Virus record (IMG/VR): IMGVR_UViG_3300009149_000034
Span: 1-62,997 of that record
Strand: one strand, 5' to 3'
DNA: 62,997 nucleotides
Origin: a virus
Lineage: Duplodnaviria; Caudoviricetes
The position numbers were made by a program, and so were the translations under genes. Under the pieces are notes generated by a model that worked only from the letters and a program-made list of their open reading frames with translations, was not told where the DNA came from and searched no databases. Positions 8,729 to 17,946 of this stretch are shown piece after piece. Position 1 is the first letter of the stretch; each line of letters begins with the position of its first letter.

Positions 8729-9550
8729 ATGTCGTCGATCACCCCCTCTTCGTTTGTAAAAGAGTATGGTCCTTGGTCAGTATCTAAGGCTAACACCGCT
8801 AAAGAGTGCCCTTATAAATTCTTTCTTACTTATGTAGAGAAACGTAAAGAAGGTACTCTTACTAACCCCGACGCGTTAGTAGGTAACGCGGTACACTCTA
8901 TTCTAGAATATATGTTAACAGGTCGTTCATGGCCTATGGCATTTGAGGGAGTAATAGATGAATACTCCTTAACATCTAATGAAATTGATCGCGTGGCATC
9001 TATGCAGTTCGCAGTACTCGATTTCATTGAGCGTCTAGTTGTATCAAAACGTAAATTCAATATTCAACAGACACAAGTAGAACAAAAATTAGCTATAGAT
9101 ATCGATGGTAACAAAGTAGGTTTCTTCGATAATAAGAAAGGTTTTTTACGCGATGTAATCGACTTAGCGTTAATCGCCAAAGACCCAATAGTAATACTCA
9201 TTGACCACAAAACGGGTAAAGTACGCGACATCAGCTACTACCGTAGACAGTTTGAAGTATACATGCTCTTAGCGAAAGCGCTAAATCCGCACCTAACACG
9301 TGCAAAATACGGGGTTCACTACTTACAGGAGAGCGACACCTTTTTTGCGAAAGGTACCGAAGATATTTCAGATATCACGCCGCTCATGGAAGGAATTATA
9401 AAATTCCTAAACGACTGCACCGTGGATACCCATAATTTCAAGGAAACACGCAAGTCACGCCTGTGCGATTGGTGTGACCATCGGGCTCATTGTCCTGCGT
9501 ATAAGGAAAGTGACAGTGACCATGGCAAACAAAAGGTCATCCAACAGTAA
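8729..9550 (+). CDS. second PD-(D/E)XK RecB/Cas4-like nuclease
   Basis: WSVSK...CPYKF, GNAVH, VEQKL, VIDL, IDHKTGK, QFEVY, C-terminal CDWC....HC. Confidence 0.88.
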   Translation: MSSITPSSFVKEYGPWSVSKANTAKECPYKFFLTYVEKRKEGTLTNPDALVGNAVHSILEYMLTGRSWPMAFEGVIDEYSLTSNEIDRVASMQFAVLDFIERLVVSKRKFNIQQTQVEQKLAIDIDGNKVGFFDNKKGFLRDVIDLALIAKDPIVILIDHKTGKVRDISYYRRQFEVYMLLAKALNPHLTRAKYGVHYLQESDTFFAKGTEDISDITPLMEGIIKFLNDCTVDTHNFKETRKSRLCDWCDHRAHCPAYKESDSDHGKQKVIQQ

Positions 9551-12500
9551 GAAAAAGGGATTCTCAAGAGAAAGAATTTGGAAAATTTGGGGCAGCGTCG
9601 GATCTCAGGGGTGGTTCGACCTTGCACAAGAATTCTCTAGAGATAGTAAATTTTCATACGCGGGTAAGGATATATTAAAGGGTATATGTCCCCGCAAAGA
9701 ACACGCAGACACTACACCTTCCTTTTATCTAAATGCAGGCAAAGGGTTTGCTCGGTGCTACGGGTGTGACTTCTTTACGTCCAACCCTCTTAACATGGCA
9801 TCTCTCCTTCTGGAGAAAACAGAGGATGAGTGTTTACACATTCTACAGGAGCGCTTCAACCTCACCTTCATTACTACGAAGGACATTGAAGACTTAGAAG
9901 CTCAGCGGCTAAATCAACAAACAAAACAGGTGATACAGAGAGCGACACATGCTGCACTCTGCGAAGCTGTTTACGACACGTCTTTTACAAAATACCCCAC
10001 AGGTAGAGCTGCTGTAGAATGGTTACTGACAGACCGTAAGATTCCTATCGACGCTATACCCTCTCTCCCGATAGGGTTAATGCCCCCATTAACAGAACTT
10101 GTTACACGAATAAGCCAAGATTATCTTACGGCGCATAGGGCATGGATTGCGGCGGGTAAAGCAACAAAAGAACCCCGTAATCTAAGTGATCATGTAGGAG
10201 TCTACTTAACCGCAATACACACACAACCTATCTTTAACGGTAGCGTCGTATTTCCTATGCATGTTACTCCCAATGACATTGGTAGATTTAAACTTCGCGC
10301 ACCTCATAGCCAAGCACACAAAGATATAATAATCCCAAAAGATCCCTACGAAGAAAACCTGGGCGTATACGGTATGGGCTGGAGTCCTTATCAGAGCATA
10401 GGAGATCCCACACACCCCACTGAATGGGTGTACCTAACTGAAGGTGAATTTGACGTTCTTACGTACATGGCACAGTCATTACAACAAGGAGGACCCAAAT
10501 TTATACTGTACTCTGTAGGCGGCACCAGTTCCTCTAAAGGCATTGAACCTATCCTTACAGCCGTTGGTTACAAAGGAGCTTACCTCATAGGGGATGCCCC
10601 GTATAAGGGTAGTCAAAACTCAGGTGATGTACTGAAGGATTGGATTAAACATACATCAAAACTTAGATCAAAAGTATTCGTGGGCTGGGACGAACTTGTT
10701 CCATCTAATGACCTAGATGAAGCAGTTCTTACACACGGTATAGCTAAAATAGAGGATACTCTTTGGAAAAATCCTGATGATACTTTTGAACCCACCTGGA
10801 AATGGGTAGCGCAAAATGCTTTAGAAGAATTACAAGGGGTCCCTGAGGATGACCGTCGCCTAATAATGGAAAAGGCCACTAGGCATGGTCAACTACTACG
10901 GAATAAAACAGACATTCAGTCTTTCGTAGATGAGATAGGCGCGGCCTACAACGTAAAAACATCACACCTTAAGCGCGAGATTGCATCTAGTGAAGACACA
11001 GAGATGGGCTTTATTCTTAGATGCACTGATGCATTACAAGACATGGTGTTCGTTGTGGGCACTGAAGTTGGTGCTGGTGGTCGTTGGTTAATCTTCTGCG
11101 AAAAAGAAACTAAGGCATTTCACCGTGTACGTCTAGATAGTGAACAGTCTATCGCGCAAGAAATAGCGCCTATGTGTGGAACGCTATTGTCCTTCATAGA
11201 TGATAAAGTAGGATTTCCTTCTTTCTTAGAAAATCCCGCAGACTCTGAAAATTTAATCTACAGCAAAGTAGATACACAACTGAGGTTTTACATGAAAGAG
11301 GCGTTTCACAATTTAGCGTTGGGATCTCCTAACTTTGATTCTGCGCAGCACCTACGGCAGGGGTATCACCACATTGAATCTGCTGATAAAACTACTAAGG
11401 AGTACATTGTATGCGGCACAGACGTGTTCCGTATTGAACGCGAAGGTGCATCCTGTGAATTTGTAGCTCTAGAGGGTCCATCAGACCAGGGTATAGTCTT
11501 TGATGTAGGGTTTGAAGGAGAACTAACACCCTCATGGTACCCTGGTGGACTATCTGTAGATATTCTTAACCAAGGTAAAAGCCTAAACATCAATGCACTA
11601 TACGACACGATTCATGACTTTCTCGACACAGGTTTTCAATTTAAAAACCATAATGTAACTGTAGAAATGTTGACTGCGCTATTACTATCCTTTCCTATTC
11701 ATACAGCTCTTCCACGCCAGCTTCTCATGTTTTTTACAGGAGATACGTCTTCAGGTAAAACTCACTTAGTGTCTGTATTCTCAGGATTCAGTGGTGAGAA
11801 GATACAGTTACTCCTATGTGCTAGAGGTATCGATCAATATACGCCAGCAGGGGTATTTGCAATGACTCACAGAGACTCTCGCCTTCTAGCGCTAGACGAA
11901 TTTGAGTCTACAGATCCTGAGAAGAGGGAACGTGTAGAGACTATTCTACAGGGGTTCCGTGGCTTAGTTACGGGAGAAACAGCGCGCGTTAAAGCTCGTC
12001 CTGATGGTTCATACAGTGTTAGTACGCACAAACTCCCCGTAATTTTCTCCGCTATTTCTAGCGCAGCTAAGCCACAAGATCTCAACCGCCTTCTGACTGT
12101 TGAGATGGACCGAGTAAAGAACAGGGATAAACCTACTACTCTCTTACATAAGAAGTACGGGCAATCTAAGATCGATAAATTGGCTAAGGATATAGCTATA
12201 GCAATGTACTCCCGAGTACCCGAATTCTTACAGTGTTACAGCGATATTGAACACGAGTTCAGCACATACCAAGCTACACTACCTTTCCAAGTTCCAAATC
12301 GATTTGCTACGTCCCTATTCGGTGCTCTTGCTATGATGAAAATGCTTGGGCGTGACTGGAAAGCATTCTTTAGAACCTATGTGATCCTACATGAGAGTGC
12401 GCTACATCGAGCATCAACTACTACCGAATCAGAGAGCTTCTTGAAAGCAATGATGTTCAACCCGGCATTACGCCAGATGGGGACGGACTCTGCAGCGTCG

Positions 12501-12665
12501 GTAGCACAATTACTAGCTAACAAAGAAAGGAGAACCGAGATCAATACCTCTGCATGTGGTGTATTCTATGATGAGAAAGAGAACTTGCTCCTAATTCTAT
12601 TAGAGCAGGCTATACCTCGTCTAATGCCGTACAACCATCGTGCACGTAACATCTCTAGCACATAG
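9522..12665 (+). CDS. primase-helicase: CHC2-type Zn finger, TOPRIM and C-terminal P-loop NTPase
   Basis: CP...H.DTTPSF...CYGC; YLTEGEFDV; Walker A GDTSSGKT; Walker B LALDEFE; start placed at ATG 9522 after an AAGGA RBS. Confidence 0.85.
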   Translation: MANKRSSNSKKKGFSRERIWKIWGSVGSQGWFDLAQEFSRDSKFSYAGKDILKGICPRKEHADTTPSFYLNAGKGFARCYGCDFFTSNPLNMASLLLEKTEDECLHILQERFNLTFITTKDIEDLEAQRLNQQTKQVIQRATHAALCEAVYDTSFTKYPTGRAAVEWLLTDRKIPIDAIPSLPIGLMPPLTELVTRISQDYLTAHRAWIAAGKATKEPRNLSDHVGVYLTAIHTQPIFNGSVVFPMHVTPNDIGRFKLRAPHSQAHKDIIIPKDPYEENLGVYGMGWSPYQSIGDPTHPTEWVYLTEGEFDVLTYMAQSLQQGGPKFILYSVGGTSSSKGIEPILTAVGYKGAYLIGDAPYKGSQNSGDVLKDWIKHTSKLRSKVFVGWDELVPSNDLDEAVLTHGIAKIEDTLWKNPDDTFEPTWKWVAQNALEELQGVPEDDRRLIMEKATRHGQLLRNKTDIQSFVDEIGAAYNVKTSHLKREIASSEDTEMGFILRCTDALQDMVFVVGTEVGAGGRWLIFCEKETKAFHRVRLDSEQSIAQEIAPMCGTLLSFIDDKVGFPSFLENPADSENLIYSKVDTQLRFYMKEAFHNLALGSPNFDSAQHLRQGYHHIESADKTTKEYIVCGTDVFRIEREGASCEFVALEGPSDQGIVFDVGFEGELTPSWYPGGLSVDILNQGKSLNINALYDTIHDFLDTGFQFKNHNVTVEMLTALLLSFPIHTALPRQLLMFFTGDTSSGKTHLVSVFSGFSGEKIQLLLCARGIDQYTPAGVFAMTHRDSRLLALDEFESTDPEKRERVETILQGFRGLVTGETARVKARPDGSYSVSTHKLPVIFSAISSAAKPQDLNRLLTVEMDRVKNRDKPTTLLHKKYGQSKIDKLAKDIAIAMYSRVPEFLQCYSDIEHEFSTYQATLPFQVPNRFATSLFGALAMMKMLGRDWKAFFRTYVILHESALHRASTTTESESFLKAMMFNPALRQMGTDSAASVAQLLANKERRTEINTSACGVFYDEKENLLLILLEQAIPRLMPYNHRARNISST

Positions 12666-12692
12666 CTAAAGGACGCTCTTGAGAGATACAAG

Positions 12693-12914
12693 ATGGCTCT
12701 CTCACCTGCTGAAGTAGCTAAATCGAAAATACTCAAACGGGTCACTCCCTACCTAGGCGCAAACATAGAAGCTAAGGACGTCGTTGTTATCCGCGCAGAC
12801 AGCTGGCTTATGAATGCACAAGAAGGGATTGACCATGCAGTGGAAGAAGCAGAGTCTGAGGAGACCTCCGAAGGAGACCCCCTCAAGGACACAGCTGCTG
12901 AGCATGAGTGGTAA
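12693..12914 (+). CDS. short ORF, probably the C-terminal tail of the primase-helicase beyond an in-frame TAG
   Basis: Same frame as 9522-12665, with no stop between TAG 12663-12665 and ATG 12693. Confidence 0.5.
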   Translation: MALSPAEVAKSKILKRVTPYLGANIEAKDVVVIRADSWLMNAQEGIDHAVEEAESEETSEGDPLKDTAAEHEW

Positions 12915-15908
12915 ATGATAGACTGTACCCTATGTGGTGACCATGCATGGCAGGGACCTGGTTGCTCTGAATGTGACCAATATAAGAACGCTCACTATAC
13001 AGAAGGTACCGGCGCGAACATTAAAAGTGATCCCGCCGCGTACTTCTGTATAGCTGAGTCTCCTGATGTTACAGGGGTCTCTGGCAAATTAAACGTCCAC
13101 CAAGGATGGTCTTTTGATATTGAGAAAACAATCAAAAGAGCATTCGCTACACATAAAGGAGAGATAGACCAAACCTTAATGGGTCTCACAGGGCGCTATA
13201 CATACGCAATGCGCTGCTCTAAAGAGAAACCCGTAAAGAAAGATATCCTAGCGTGTGCTCCTCTAGTACATGCTGAATTATTAGAATACGCCGTAAAAGA
13301 TAAGCCAATTATGGTTTTCGCCTTGGGTGAAAAAGTACTCACCTCTTTAGGGATTGCTGTTAAGAAGTATCGGTCGTTTCAAGGACGTTTTACTAAGACG
13401 ATGTTAGGAGATCGTGAAGTAATTGTTTACGCATCTTTGTCTAAACGCCAGTTAGTAGCTAAACCAGGTCATATAGAAATCCTCAAGAAACACATGATGG
13501 TTTTTATGGACGCGGTACACGCTATATCTAAAGGTAAGGACATCCGGACAAGGACGGAAATAGCTACGTTAACGGCCAAATACCATTTTCCTAAAAGTGT
13601 AAGTGCCCTTCGTAAACTTGTTGAATACATCACAGAATACACGTCGGGAGGTTTCGACGCTGATAAACTTCCTCTAGCAATCGACACAGAAACGAATACC
13701 GTTAATCCTCATCGAGATAAATTAAAGATACTATCCTTTGTAGTATCTTGGGCACCTGGAGAAGCAGCGTCTATCCCTCTAGAACATCCTCAAAGCTACT
13801 TTACATTTGAAGAAGCGGCTCCTTACGTACAGAGGATCTTAGATTGCGCTAAACCTAAGATCCTACATAATGCTAAGTTCGATCTAAAGGTGCTATGGCG
13901 GAAGGGGTGGAAAGTACGTAATTTTGCGTGGGATACGATGCTAGCGGAGCATCTTTTAGAAGAAGATAAGAAAGGATATTACAGTCTAAAAGAACTTACG
14001 CGCGTGATGCTTCCTGACTACGCTGATTATGAAGAAGACATTGACACCTTTATGACTGAGTTAAAAGCTAAAAAGGCTAAGAAGGAAACCGCCAGACTAA
14101 AGAAACTAAACCGTCCTCTCCCTCCGAAGCTAAAAGGCGCAGCTGCCAAGCTCGCGGATGATGGTGGGTACGAAGAAGTACCTCTGCGTATACTGAATCC
14201 TTATGGGGCGATTGACGCAGATGTAACTCGTCGCATTGCTATTATCCAACAAGCTAGGATGAAGCAAGAACAAAAAGATCAGCGTAAACTGCGGGATGAG
14301 CTACGTAAAAACCCCTATGCGACTAAGTATATACTGACACGTACAGCACCTACAGATAAGCCACTTCCTAATTTGATGCGAGAGCAACTTACATCCGCCA
14401 GTGAAGTTCTTGGCAACATGGAATTAGTGGGCATGCCCGTAGACAAAGACTACATAGAGGAACTCGTTGTAGAGCTCGACCGGTCTATTACTCTATCTAA
14501 GATTCAACTTAGTACTATGATACCGTCCTACGTATTCGAGGAGTTCAATCCTAGTAGTAACCCTCAACTCAGAAAGTTACTATATGGTACAGGGTATATA
14601 CATCCTGAGACAGGCGCGACTGTCTGTTACAAGGATATTGTGGAACCTCCTACTACTGCTAAGGGCGCAATATCTACTAATGCCGCCTTCTTAAAACAAC
14701 TAGTCAACCAAAATGACTGTGTGTTCTCAAAGGAACTTCTAATATTCAGAGCTATGTCTAAGGCTCGCAATACATTCGTAGAGAATATCAAAGTGCTGAG
14801 CGAAGAAGATGGGCGTATGCATACTTCCTTTCATATAGCTGGAACTTCCACTGGACGGTTAAGTTCCTCTAATGAAAATATGCAGAATGTCCCTAAACAA
14901 ATAGGTAAACACAATATCAAAAAGATCTTTGTACCTTCAGACAGAGAAAACAATATTATACTAAACGCCGATGCCAAAGCTGCTGAGGTGCGCATATACG
15001 CAGCATATAGCAAAGATAAAAATCTAATTGAGGCTCTCAATAATGGGATGGACCCACACTCGTTCTTCGCTTCAATGGTATACGCTCCTGAAAAGGTCTT
15101 AGCAAACGTACCACCTTCAGACTATAAGACCGTCATGGACACAATAGGAATTGACTCAGTGCACGCCTGGTCTTATGACGACTTTCAAAATCGCAGTGAC
15201 TTCATAGGTTCAAATAAGAATCCTGGACCAGACCCTACATATGGTAAACAACTAAATAAGTTGCGTACTAACATCAAGAGGGTGGTCTTTGGTATTCTCT
15301 ACGGCGCAAGTAAGTACAAGATTTCTTCTATAGTAGGGATCTCTGAGGAGCAAGGCGCGGCTATAATATCGTCGCTATTCACCATGTTCCCGTCTATCCC
15401 TGAATACATCAAGAGAACATATGAGCAACTGAATCATCTGAAAATGGTAGAGACATTCTTTGGACGACGCCGCAGGTTTGATACTGCGGGTATGCCGTTT
15501 AAAATGAAGAACAAAGCACAACGACAAGCAGTGAATTTCAAAATTCAAAGTACTAGTTCAGAGATAGTAATAAGAGTTATGAACGATATCGCAGAACCCA
15601 TCAAGCATGATTTCAACGGGCAATTAATGATCACCGTACACGACTCTGTCGTAGGTGAGATCCCGAAAAAATATATATCCCAGATGCCTGCATTCATGGA
15701 AGAGTACGGTGTAAATAGAGTAAGGAAACTCTATGACTGGCTTCCAGTCCCATTTCAGTGGGACGTTGAAGTAGGGCCCTCATATGGAGAGCTATCTCCC
15801 GTAGATCGTTATCTAGAAAATGACTCATCTGTGGTACAAGAGGAAGTCGTTGGCGCACTTGATTTCTTGGATCAAGAAATAAAGTCCGAACTCGCACAGA
15901 GCGTATAA
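12915..15908 (+). CDS. polA: family A DNA polymerase with N-terminal uracil-DNA-glycosylase-like domain and 3'-5' exonuclease
   Basis: Exo motifs IDTET, HNAKFD, YGAIDAD; pol motifs TGRLSS..N.QN, NADAKAAEVR, KRVVFGILYG, TVHDS; Cys-rich N-terminus with AESP, MRC, VFALG. Confidence 0.93.
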   Translation: MIDCTLCGDHAWQGPGCSECDQYKNAHYTEGTGANIKSDPAAYFCIAESPDVTGVSGKLNVHQGWSFDIEKTIKRAFATHKGEIDQTLMGLTGRYTYAMRCSKEKPVKKDILACAPLVHAELLEYAVKDKPIMVFALGEKVLTSLGIAVKKYRSFQGRFTKTMLGDREVIVYASLSKRQLVAKPGHIEILKKHMMVFMDAVHAISKGKDIRTRTEIATLTAKYHFPKSVSALRKLVEYITEYTSGGFDADKLPLAIDTETNTVNPHRDKLKILSFVVSWAPGEAASIPLEHPQSYFTFEEAAPYVQRILDCAKPKILHNAKFDLKVLWRKGWKVRNFAWDTMLAEHLLEEDKKGYYSLKELTRVMLPDYADYEEDIDTFMTELKAKKAKKETARLKKLNRPLPPKLKGAAAKLADDGGYEEVPLRILNPYGAIDADVTRRIAIIQQARMKQEQKDQRKLRDELRKNPYATKYILTRTAPTDKPLPNLMREQLTSASEVLGNMELVGMPVDKDYIEELVVELDRSITLSKIQLSTMIPSYVFEEFNPSSNPQLRKLLYGTGYIHPETGATVCYKDIVEPPTTAKGAISTNAAFLKQLVNQNDCVFSKELLIFRAMSKARNTFVENIKVLSEEDGRMHTSFHIAGTSTGRLSSSNENMQNVPKQIGKHNIKKIFVPSDRENNIILNADAKAAEVRIYAAYSKDKNLIEALNNGMDPHSFFASMVYAPEKVLANVPPSDYKTVMDTIGIDSVHAWSYDDFQNRSDFIGSNKNPGPDPTYGKQLNKLRTNIKRVVFGILYGASKYKISSIVGISEEQGAAIISSLFTMFPSIPEYIKRTYEQLNHLKMVETFFGRRRRFDTAGMPFKMKNKAQRQAVNFKIQSTSSEIVIRVMNDIAEPIKHDFNGQLMITVHDSVVGEIPKKYISQMPAFMEEYGVNRVRKLYDWLPVPFQWDVEVGPSYGELSPVDRYLENDSSVVQEEVVGALDFLDQEIKSELAQSV

Positions 15909-15910
15909 AA

Positions 15911-16255
15911 ATGGTACTGGATTTCTGCAGAACAAGCCAGAAATGGGAGAGGTTACCTCTCTAGTGCATTCCTTAATGTATGCACGCCACTAAAGGCAGG
16001 CAGGGGCCCTCTAGGCTATTGTTCTTGCGAACAACCGCCCTAGGGCCCCACGCCCCCACTTTCAGCTAGCAGTACCCATGGAGGAACGCCTAACTCTAGG
16101 GGTCGAATTGGACGTGTGGCGCCGACCTAAGCAGTTATACTAACTGGATAGTTTCTCTTACGGGAGAACAGGGGGTGCTACACCCCCATGGATTATTTGC
16201 TACCAGGCCGGGCCTTTTGGTGCCCATTCCGCACAAAAGAACCTACGTAGCAGTT
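15911..16255 (+). ncRNA. putative multi-hairpin structured non-coding RNA; the first domain is retron msr/msd-like
   Basis: About nine stem-loops in ~345 nt with long-range closing helices (GGTACTG 15913-15919 / CAGTACC 16070-16076; TGCTAC 16198-16203 / GTAGCA 16247-16252); G-U pairs and a UACG loop favour the + strand. Confidence 0.65.
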
Positions 16256-16262
16256 AGTAGGA

Positions 16263-16291
16263 AGAGAGCAGCCACGCGCTGCTCTTTTTTT
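16263..16291 (+). terminator. intrinsic terminator closing the structured element
   Basis: AGAGAGCAGC-CACGC-GCTGCTCT followed by a T run. Confidence 0.88.
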
Positions 16292-16293
16292 GC

Positions 16294-17880
16294 TTACTCC
16301 TGCCAGAACTTCATGTCCCCGTGTAAAACCTTCCACGCGATCCACCCAAACAACGCAGCATGCAAACAGTCATCAGACTTCTGAGGGAAGTGACGCCATA
16401 CCTTTTTACCTTGCGTAGTAACCTCTTCGAACTCATTCATCATATCGTCTAACGCAGGTTTCATCTCTAATAGAGGTCCAAACTCAACCTCTTTCTTCTT
16501 GAGAAGCATAAAGAAGTTATCTATGAGTGTAGTCCTATCCCCGTGGTACCGGTCTAACCCATTAAACTGTAACGCTGTCTTGAATGAACCATACTGTACT
16601 TGTGTAACCTTATGGTGCCCCAAAGATTTACGCAGTAAATCATTAGCTAACGCCCCCTCCCCTGCGTCACCTACGGCCATGGATACCCCGTATAATTTAC
16701 ATATATGTGCTATATCCTCATGCGCCTGTACAGGATTCATACCAGGGTAAATCTTATAGGTCACACAACACAATTTACTGTCGGTTGCGCGCTGTCCCCA
16801 AACCCATAAGACCGTTCGGGATACACCTGTAGTTCCACCCCCCGACCAGTCAATACCCGCAACATACTTGCTATACCCGCGTAACTTAGCAGACTGTGGG
16901 TACGCCACTAACTCAGGTCCAACGCACAACGCCTCGAGCTCCTCTAAGGATATAAGGCGAGATCCTATAGCGTCACTGACACCCAAAACCTCATTCCTAA
17001 AAAGGGAGATGGGTGACTCTTCATACTTTTGTTTTATACGCTGCCACCTGCGTTGTGCATGCTTGTACTCTACAGGTCTATTAACCATAGACAACGGCAC
17101 GTTCTTAGGCATTATAAGCTGACTAATGTGAAAACCTTTGAGCGTTTTTTTCGGCTGCATGTCCACCCATTGACCTAAGAATGGGTTTAGGTACGCAGAG
17201 CACTTAACACAAATGGGACCGTCTTTGCCCATGGCTCTCTCGCTATCTATGAACGAATACTTACCGCATGCAGAGCATTTCATAACCCACTCAGTCTGAG
17301 TACTGAGGTCCCACAAGAATTGGATTGTATTCTCCATCGTCTTGGGAGTACCTGCGTAGGTTTCATACGCATAGTTAGACTCAGACATGGTCTCATTGCC
17401 CACAGTTATAACTGGGTCATATAGAATATCCTGTACCTCATCGTACATGTTCCGGTCAGTTGAAGGACCACGGAGCCTGTCTGCGTCGTCACACCCATAT
17501 GTAAAGAGCATTTCTGCCCCATTAGTAAACTGTTTATGAAATACACGATCTGCTAGTTCAGTGTGTAAAAAGTTCTCTTTTAGGATAGGAGAGTACATCA
17601 TCGTTTTTCCAACACGACTATTAGAAAAACGGGTAGTTTGCTCCTTAGAAGGACTTACAAACATTGTCGAAAAAAAGGGTATAAGAGAACATTCAATGAT
17701 GGAGAAGTTGGCTAATGTTGTAGACTTCGCCACCTGGCGACTGGTCTTAAAAAGAGTACGCCTATATCGACCATCATAGAAAGCCTTGTGCATTGGCCAG
17801 TCGTCTAAGCGGAATGGTTTACCGTCTAAGCGAACCCAAGCCTCTGCCACTTGCGATAAGGTAGCACGATCAACAGTCAT
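16294..17880 (-). CDS. terL: terminase large subunit
   Basis: KTSRQVAKST Walker A, YDEVQD Walker B, GTPKT coupling motif, two CxxC, nuclease GIDWSGG and DDCLHA. Confidence 0.9.
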   Translation of the reverse strand: MTVDRATLSQVAEAWVRLDGKPFRLDDWPMHKAFYDGRYRRTLFKTSRQVAKSTTLANFSIIECSLIPFFSTMFVSPSKEQTTRFSNSRVGKTMMYSPILKENFLHTELADRVFHKQFTNGAEMLFTYGCDDADRLRGPSTDRNMYDEVQDILYDPVITVGNETMSESNYAYETYAGTPKTMENTIQFLWDLSTQTEWVMKCSACGKYSFIDSERAMGKDGPICVKCSAYLNPFLGQWVDMQPKKTLKGFHISQLIMPKNVPLSMVNRPVEYKHAQRRWQRIKQKYEESPISLFRNEVLGVSDAIGSRLISLEELEALCVGPELVAYPQSAKLRGYSKYVAGIDWSGGGTTGVSRTVLWVWGQRATDSKLCCVTYKIYPGMNPVQAHEDIAHICKLYGVSMAVGDAGEGALANDLLRKSLGHHKVTQVQYGSFKTALQFNGLDRYHGDRTTLIDNFFMLLKKKEVEFGPLLEMKPALDDMMNEFEEVTTQGKKVWRHFPQKSDDCLHAALFGWIAWKVLHGDMKFWQE

Positions 17881-17946
17881 ACTTGTAAATTACAGTAATA
17901 ACAACAACTTGCAAATCAAATAATTTTGCAAAGGAGGACAAAGGAA

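Noticed and set aside
15909-16293. tRNA or tmRNA genes, or the small ORF 16175-16384
   Set aside because: No T-loop GTTCRA or CCA-type cloverleaf was seen. The ORF has no RBS, runs through a terminator and overlaps the terminase.
17909-17931. Inverted repeat TTGCAAA-N9-TTTGCAA between terminase and AAA genes as an operator
   Set aside because: A single short AT-rich occurrence with no second copy noticed; insufficient support.
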